Of a DNA stretch of 40,512 bases, positions 36,337 to 40,512 are shown in pieces. Made by a program: the position numbers and the translations under genes. Numbering within the stretch: the stretch's first letter is position 1; every line of letters begins with the position of its first letter. This stretch comes from a bacterium UBP13_UBA5359 (GTDB taxonomy: Bacteria; UBP13; UBA5359). The notes under the pieces were generated by a model. It ran no database searches, had not been told where the DNA came from, and worked only from the letters and a program-made list of their open reading frames with translations. The stretch lies in the NCBI GenBank assembly GCA_002410925.1, contig DHPR01000036.1, positions 1-40,512 on the forward strand. Reading direction: 5' to 3'.

Positions 36337-38874
36337 ATGGCTACGTATAAAGAAAAGAAGATCGCTTTCTGGGATTATTCTCTAAAAGAAGTGCTGGCCG
36401 GCCTGGAAACAACTTCCCAGGGATTGACATCTGCTGAAGCAGAGCAAAGGCTCCAGAAGATCGGTCCCAACACTCTGAAAAAGAAATCACGCCTCTCTAT
36501 ACCCGCCCAATTGCTGCGGCTTTTCGGCAATCCTCTGATTCTGATATTGCTGATGGCCGGCATCATCTCTCTCTTTCTGGGGCAAACGGTCAATGCCGTT
36601 ATCATCATCGTTATGGTATTGCTCAGCGTCGCCTTGAACTTCTATCAGGAATTTCAAGCAAACAGAGCCATGGAATCTCTGATGGCTAAAGTAGCTCTGC
36701 AAGCCTCCGTGATACGTGATGGCCGAGAACAGAAGATATCAACATCAGAGGTAGTTCCGGGGGATATTCTAATTCTTCATGCAGGGGATCTGGTACCTGC
36801 GGATTCCCGCCTGATCGAAGCCAAAGATCTATATATTCGGGAATCCGCCCTGACGGGGGAATCGCTGCCGTCCGAAAAGAATGCGGAAGACCTGCCTGCA
36901 GGAGAGCATGACATCTCCGATGCTCGAAACGCTGTCTTTTTGGGAACGGCGGTGCAAAGCGGTATAGCCAAAGCCATAACCGTAGCTACAGGCTCAGCCA
37001 CAGCCTACGGCAAGATTGCCACTCGTCTGGCCGAACGCCCACCTGACACAGAGTTCGATCACGGCATACGCCATTTCAGCCTGATGATCACCAGAATAAT
37101 ACTTCTGCTGATACTCTTTGTATCTCTCGTCAATATAATTTCTCGTCGTCCTGTTCTGGATTCCTTTCTCTTCGCCGTAGCCCTGGCTGTAGGATTGACT
37201 CCCGAGTTGCTGCCGGTCATCATATCCGTTACTCTGGCCCAGGGTGCCAGGCGTATGTCAAAGAAGAAGGTCATCGTCAAGCAATTGGCCTCCATGGAGA
37301 ATTTCGGCAGCATGGAAATACTGTGCAGTGACAAAACCGGCACCCTGACCGAGGGCACTATTATCCTAGATCAGCATGTCAGCATAGATAAAGAGAAAGA
37401 TGAGCGTGTTTTAGAATTGGCTTATCTTAACAGTTACTTCGAGGCCGGCATAAAAAGCCCGCTGGATGATGCTATCCTGAAGCATGAGCATCCGGAAATA
37501 AGCGCTTATACCAAGGTGGACGAAATACCGTTCGATTTCACCCGCCGCCGGCTCTCCGTAGTAGTTCGCCGCGATCACGAATCATGGATAATCACAAAGG
37601 GGGCACCGGAAAATGTTCTAGAAATATGCACCGACACTTATTCCGGAGAAAAGATCCTCTCTTTGGATAACTCACTGCAGGAAAAGGCCTCGTCCACATA
37701 CCGGGATCTGAGCCTGAAAGGCTATCGTTTGCTGGCCGTGGCCGTGCGCCCGATAGATGGCAAGGAATCCTACAGTATTGCTGATGAGAGAGCTATGACG
37801 CTGGCCGGCTTTACCGCCTTCCTCGATCCGCCGAAACCCGACGCCGGCGCCACTCTGCAAAGGCTCAGAGATGACGGCATAAGGGTTATCATCATGACCG
37901 GAGACAATGAATACGTTACCAGAAAGATCGCTGATGATGTCGGCTTGAAATCGGATACCATCATCACCGGTTCCCAGGTTGACGATATGAACGATGCAGC
38001 TCTGGCTTACCAGGCTGAAAGGGGCGCCATCTTCGCCCGCGTCTCGCCTGAGCAGAAGAACAGAATCATAACCGCTCTGAAAAACTTCGGGCGAGTGGTC
38101 GGCTTTCTGGGTGACGGCATAAATGATGCCCCTTCGCTGTATCGTGCAGATATAGGTATATCCGTGGTCAATGGAGTCGACGTAGCCAGAGATGCAGCCA
38201 ATATAATACTGCTGAAAAAGAGCCTGAGCGTTCTGCATGACGGCATCATCGAAGGCCGAAGCAGCTTTGCCAACGTCATGAAATATATCATCATGGGGAC
38301 CAGTTCCAATTTCGGCAATATGTTCAGTATGGCGGCCGCTTCCATCTTTCTACCCTTCCTGCCCATGCTGCCCACTCAGATACTTCTGAATAATTTCCTC
38401 TACGATATGTCACAAATCAGCATACCTGACGACAACGTCGACAGCTCTCTTTTGCAGCGCCCCAAACGTTGGCGCATAAGCTTCATCCGGCAGTTCATGA
38501 TGATTATCGGGCCGATCAGTTCCATCTATGATTTCATGACATTCGCTATTTTACTGAGCCTCTTTCATGCCGATGAAAGGCTCTTCCATACCGGATGGTT
38601 TTTGGAATCACTGGCTACCCAGACACTGGTAATCTTTATCATCCGGACAGCCGGCAACCCTCTGCTCAGCCGTCCAGGCCGCCGGCTGACAGTCTCGGTT
38701 CTGGGGATAACAGCTCTTGGAGTTCTACTACCGTATTCGCCTGTCGCAAGCTGGATGAACTTTGATCCTTTGCCGCTGTCACTGCTGGTGACCATCCTGT
38801 TTCTTACTATTACTTATCTCGGATTGGTACAGCTGGTCAAAGCGTGGTTTTACAAGCGCCATGAACTGATATGA
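36337..38874 (+). CDS. mgtA: Magnesium-translocating P-type ATPase
   Basis: TGES, AVGLTPELLP, CSDKTGTLT, DEIPFDF, FLGDGINDAP, SSNFGNMFS, PFLPMLP, GWFLES. Confidence 0.95.
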   Translation: MATYKEKKIAFWDYSLKEVLAGLETTSQGLTSAEAEQRLQKIGPNTLKKKSRLSIPAQLLRLFGNPLILILLMAGIISLFLGQTVNAVIIIVMVLLSVALNFYQEFQANRAMESLMAKVALQASVIRDGREQKISTSEVVPGDILILHAGDLVPADSRLIEAKDLYIRESALTGESLPSEKNAEDLPAGEHDISDARNAVFLGTAVQSGIAKAITVATGSATAYGKIATRLAERPPDTEFDHGIRHFSLMITRIILLLILFVSLVNIISRRPVLDSFLFAVALAVGLTPELLPVIISVTLAQGARRMSKKKVIVKQLASMENFGSMEILCSDKTGTLTEGTIILDQHVSIDKEKDERVLELAYLNSYFEAGIKSPLDDAILKHEHPEISAYTKVDEIPFDFTRRRLSVVVRRDHESWIITKGAPENVLEICTDTYSGEKILSLDNSLQEKASSTYRDLSLKGYRLLAVAVRPIDGKESYSIADERAMTLAGFTAFLDPPKPDAGATLQRLRDDGIRVIIMTGDNEYVTRKIADDVGLKSDTIITGSQVDDMNDAALAYQAERGAIFARVSPEQKNRIITALKNFGRVVGFLGDGINDAPSLYRADIGISVVNGVDVARDAANIILLKKSLSVLHDGIIEGRSSFANVMKYIIMGTSSNFGNMFSMAAASIFLPFLPMLPTQILLNNFLYDMSQISIPDDNVDSSLLQRPKRWRISFIRQFMMIIGPISSIYDFMTFAILLSLFHADERLFHTGWFLESLATQTLVIFIIRTAGNPLLSRPGRRLTVSVLGITALGVLLPYSPVASWMNFDPLPLSLLVTILFLTITYLGLVQLVKAWFYKRHELI

Positions 38875-39615
38875 TCATCTTCCAGTCTGTTTGGCCAGCT
38901 TTATGGCAGCACTGTGAGCTATATGCTCAAGAGTATCGTCCAGTGGTGTCAGTTCCGCCCGACCGTAACGCCGTGTCAAAGCAGCTTCAATAAGCCTGTC
39001 GGCGAAACGAGGGTTTTTAGGCAGCAGTGAGCCGTGCAGATAGGTGCCGTAGGCATTAAGGTAGCGCCCGCCCTCCAGATTATCCTCCCCGTTGTTGCCA
39101 CCGCCTATAATTACCCGCCCTATGGGCTCTGTGTTCGGCCCCAGATAGGTACGGCCGCCATGGTTCTCAAAGCCTACCAGAGTGTCGCCGTTATCTCCCA
39201 TAAAACTCTCCACAACAACGTTCCCTATCAGCCTGCCCTTGCCGGGGAAGGTACAGGCATCAAATACCCCTATGCCTGGCAGCTCCTGCCCGTCGGCTGT
39301 AGCGCAGGATTGCCCGAAAAGCTGATACCCCCCGCAAATAGCCAGCACGGTCACACCATCCTCGACTGCTTTTCTGATACTTTCACCCTTTTCGTGCTGC
39401 AAATCAGCGGCTATGGTGCGTTGTTCGCTATCCTGCCCGCCGCCCATGAAGATTATATCAAAGAGCCTGAAATCAGGTTTTTTGCCCAGCGATATGACTG
39501 TAACATCGGCCTCTATGCCTCGCCAGTGGCAACGTTGCATTACAGCCAGAATATTACCTCTATCGCCATAAAGATTCATGAGATCAGGATAAAGATGGCA
39601 TATCCTCAGCTTCAT
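38875..39615 (-). CDS. gatD: Lipid II isoglutaminyl synthase glutaminase subunit (CobQ-like type 1 GATase)
   Basis: LYPDLMNLYGDRGN, GGGQD, ICGGYQ, GFENHGG, YLHGSLLPKNP; next to murT. Confidence 0.93.
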   Translation of the reverse strand: MKLRICHLYPDLMNLYGDRGNILAVMQRCHWRGIEADVTVISLGKKPDFRLFDIIFMGGGQDSEQRTIAADLQHEKGESIRKAVEDGVTVLAICGGYQLFGQSCATADGQELPGIGVFDACTFPGKGRLIGNVVVESFMGDNGDTLVGFENHGGRTYLGPNTEPIGRVIIGGGNNGEDNLEGGRYLNAYGTYLHGSLLPKNPRFADRLIEAALTRRYGRAELTPLDDTLEHIAHSAAIKLAKQTGR

Positions 39616-39621
39616 AGCACT

Positions 39622-40512
39622 CTATGCCTCCCAATACCGGCTCAGATAACCGCGATGCTCCATGATGCCTCTCAAGCTAAGCATAGCCGTATAGGTGCAC
39701 ATAATGCAAACAGGCGACCCCTCTGGCGCAGCAAAGATTACAGCATCCATTGCTTTGGCTATATCCTTTTCTACTACCATACTGCCGCAGTCCACACCCG
39801 CGTACTTGAGCCTCAACGCCATCTCCTCGGCTCTTATACCGGAGATAAGAATTTTCCTGCCTGCATCGCTTTTATGCTTCAGCATCTCGAAGCCTCCATC
39901 CCACAGCCAGGAGATATCGCGCCCATCGGAAAAATTATCATTTATGGCTATCATTATATAACCTGCCAGTCCGGCCTCGACCACTGTATGCAAGGCTTCA
40001 TTAAGACTTACCGGATTCTTTACCAGAACAATAAAGACCTGCCGGCTCTTTATATACACCTGTTCCATTCTGCCGAAAGCACTGGCAGAGGTACTCAGCC
40101 TATCCCTGATAAAGCTTAAATCCACCCCATAAGTAGCGGCACAGGCAGCAGCAGCTAACGCATTATAAATATTATAGAAACCCGGTAGTTTAAGGTCTAT
40201 CTCTACCTTGCCATGAGGCGCAATCAGCCTGAGAGTATACCCTTCAACTCCTCTGGCCTGCAACCCGGTAACGGTAAAATCCGTATCGGGACGTTTGAAG
40301 CCGCACCGTGAACAGAAGTAATCTCCCAAATGGCTGTAATAGGTTCTTTTATAAGCAAGATATCCGCCGCAGTCATGGCAGTAACGGGACTCTCTTATTT
40401 TGAACTCCTCATTGCTGTCTTCATAAGCGCACTCCATGCCGAAGTATACGACCCGAGCTTTCACAGCTTTGCCGAGCGCAGCCACATAAGGATCATCAGC
40501 GTTGAGAAAGGC
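39622..40512 (-). CDS. murT: Lipid II isoglutaminyl synthase subunit MurT (5' part beyond the window edge)
   Basis: Open to the edge (AFLNADDPYV...); CxxC...CxxC zinc finger, YNIYN, AFGRME, LVKNP, DGRDISWLWD, TYTAML (DUF1727). Confidence 0.93.
   Translation of the reverse strand, partial: AFLNADDPYVAALGKAVKARVVYFGMECAYEDSNEEFKIRESRYCHDCGGYLAYKRTYYSHLGDYFCSRCGFKRPDTDFTVTGLQARGVEGYTLRLIAPHGKVEIDLKLPGFYNIYNALAAAACAATYGVDLSFIRDRLSTSASAFGRMEQVYIKSRQVFIVLVKNPVSLNEALHTVVEAGLAGYIMIAINDNFSDGRDISWLWDGGFEMLKHKSDAGRKILISGIRAEEMALRLKYAGVDCGSMVVEKDIAKAMDAVIFAAPEGSPVCIMCTYTAMLSLRGIMEHRGYLSRYWEA

Noticed and set aside
38875-39615. Cobyric acid synthase (cobQ), tempting given the nearby B12-binding protein
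   Set aside because: GATase domain only, with GatD motifs and adjacent to murT.
39034-40119. 361-aa plus-strand ORF
   Set aside because: Shadow frame opposite gatD/murT with no recognisable features; the same applies to the many short antisense ORFs across the dcw cluster and mgtA.

Overview
Bacterial chromosomal window, almost entirely minus-strand, with three zones. (1) 1-11.0 kb is a visibly AT-richer carbohydrate-utilisation island. A LacI regulator with a near-consensus sigma70 promoter and candidate operators is followed by a DUF1559/H-X9-DG prepilin-like gene, a large secreted LamG + CBM9-like + DUF6067-like glycoside hydrolase split by a 1-nt frameshift, a six-hairpin glycosidase-like gene, a DUF5696-like gene, a sugar-binding lipoprotein and the start of a Gfo/Idh/MocA oxidoreductase missed by the ORF track. 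(2) 11.1-12.0 kb is a scar made of two decayed IS 3' ends (IS3 and IS1634 families) joined back-to-back. It is followed by a dcw cluster (mraZ-[small ORF]-rsmH-ftsL-ftsI-murE-murF-mraY-murD-ftsW-murG-murC-murB) that runs directly into purD-purE instead of ddl/ftsQAZ. (3) 28-40.5 kb holds DUF1844-tsaC-pseudopilin, a multi-domain LRR surface protein behind a repeat-rich spacer, an orphan corrinoid protein, cysK, a sigmaB-like stress pair (GlsB/YmgE + PRC-barrel), mgtA and murT-gatD. Gene content suggests a Terrabacteria lineage (Armatimonadota-like or an unusual Bacillota relative); this is inference only. Family assignments come from motif recognition by eye, not database searches. No rRNA, tRNA or CRISPR array was seen.
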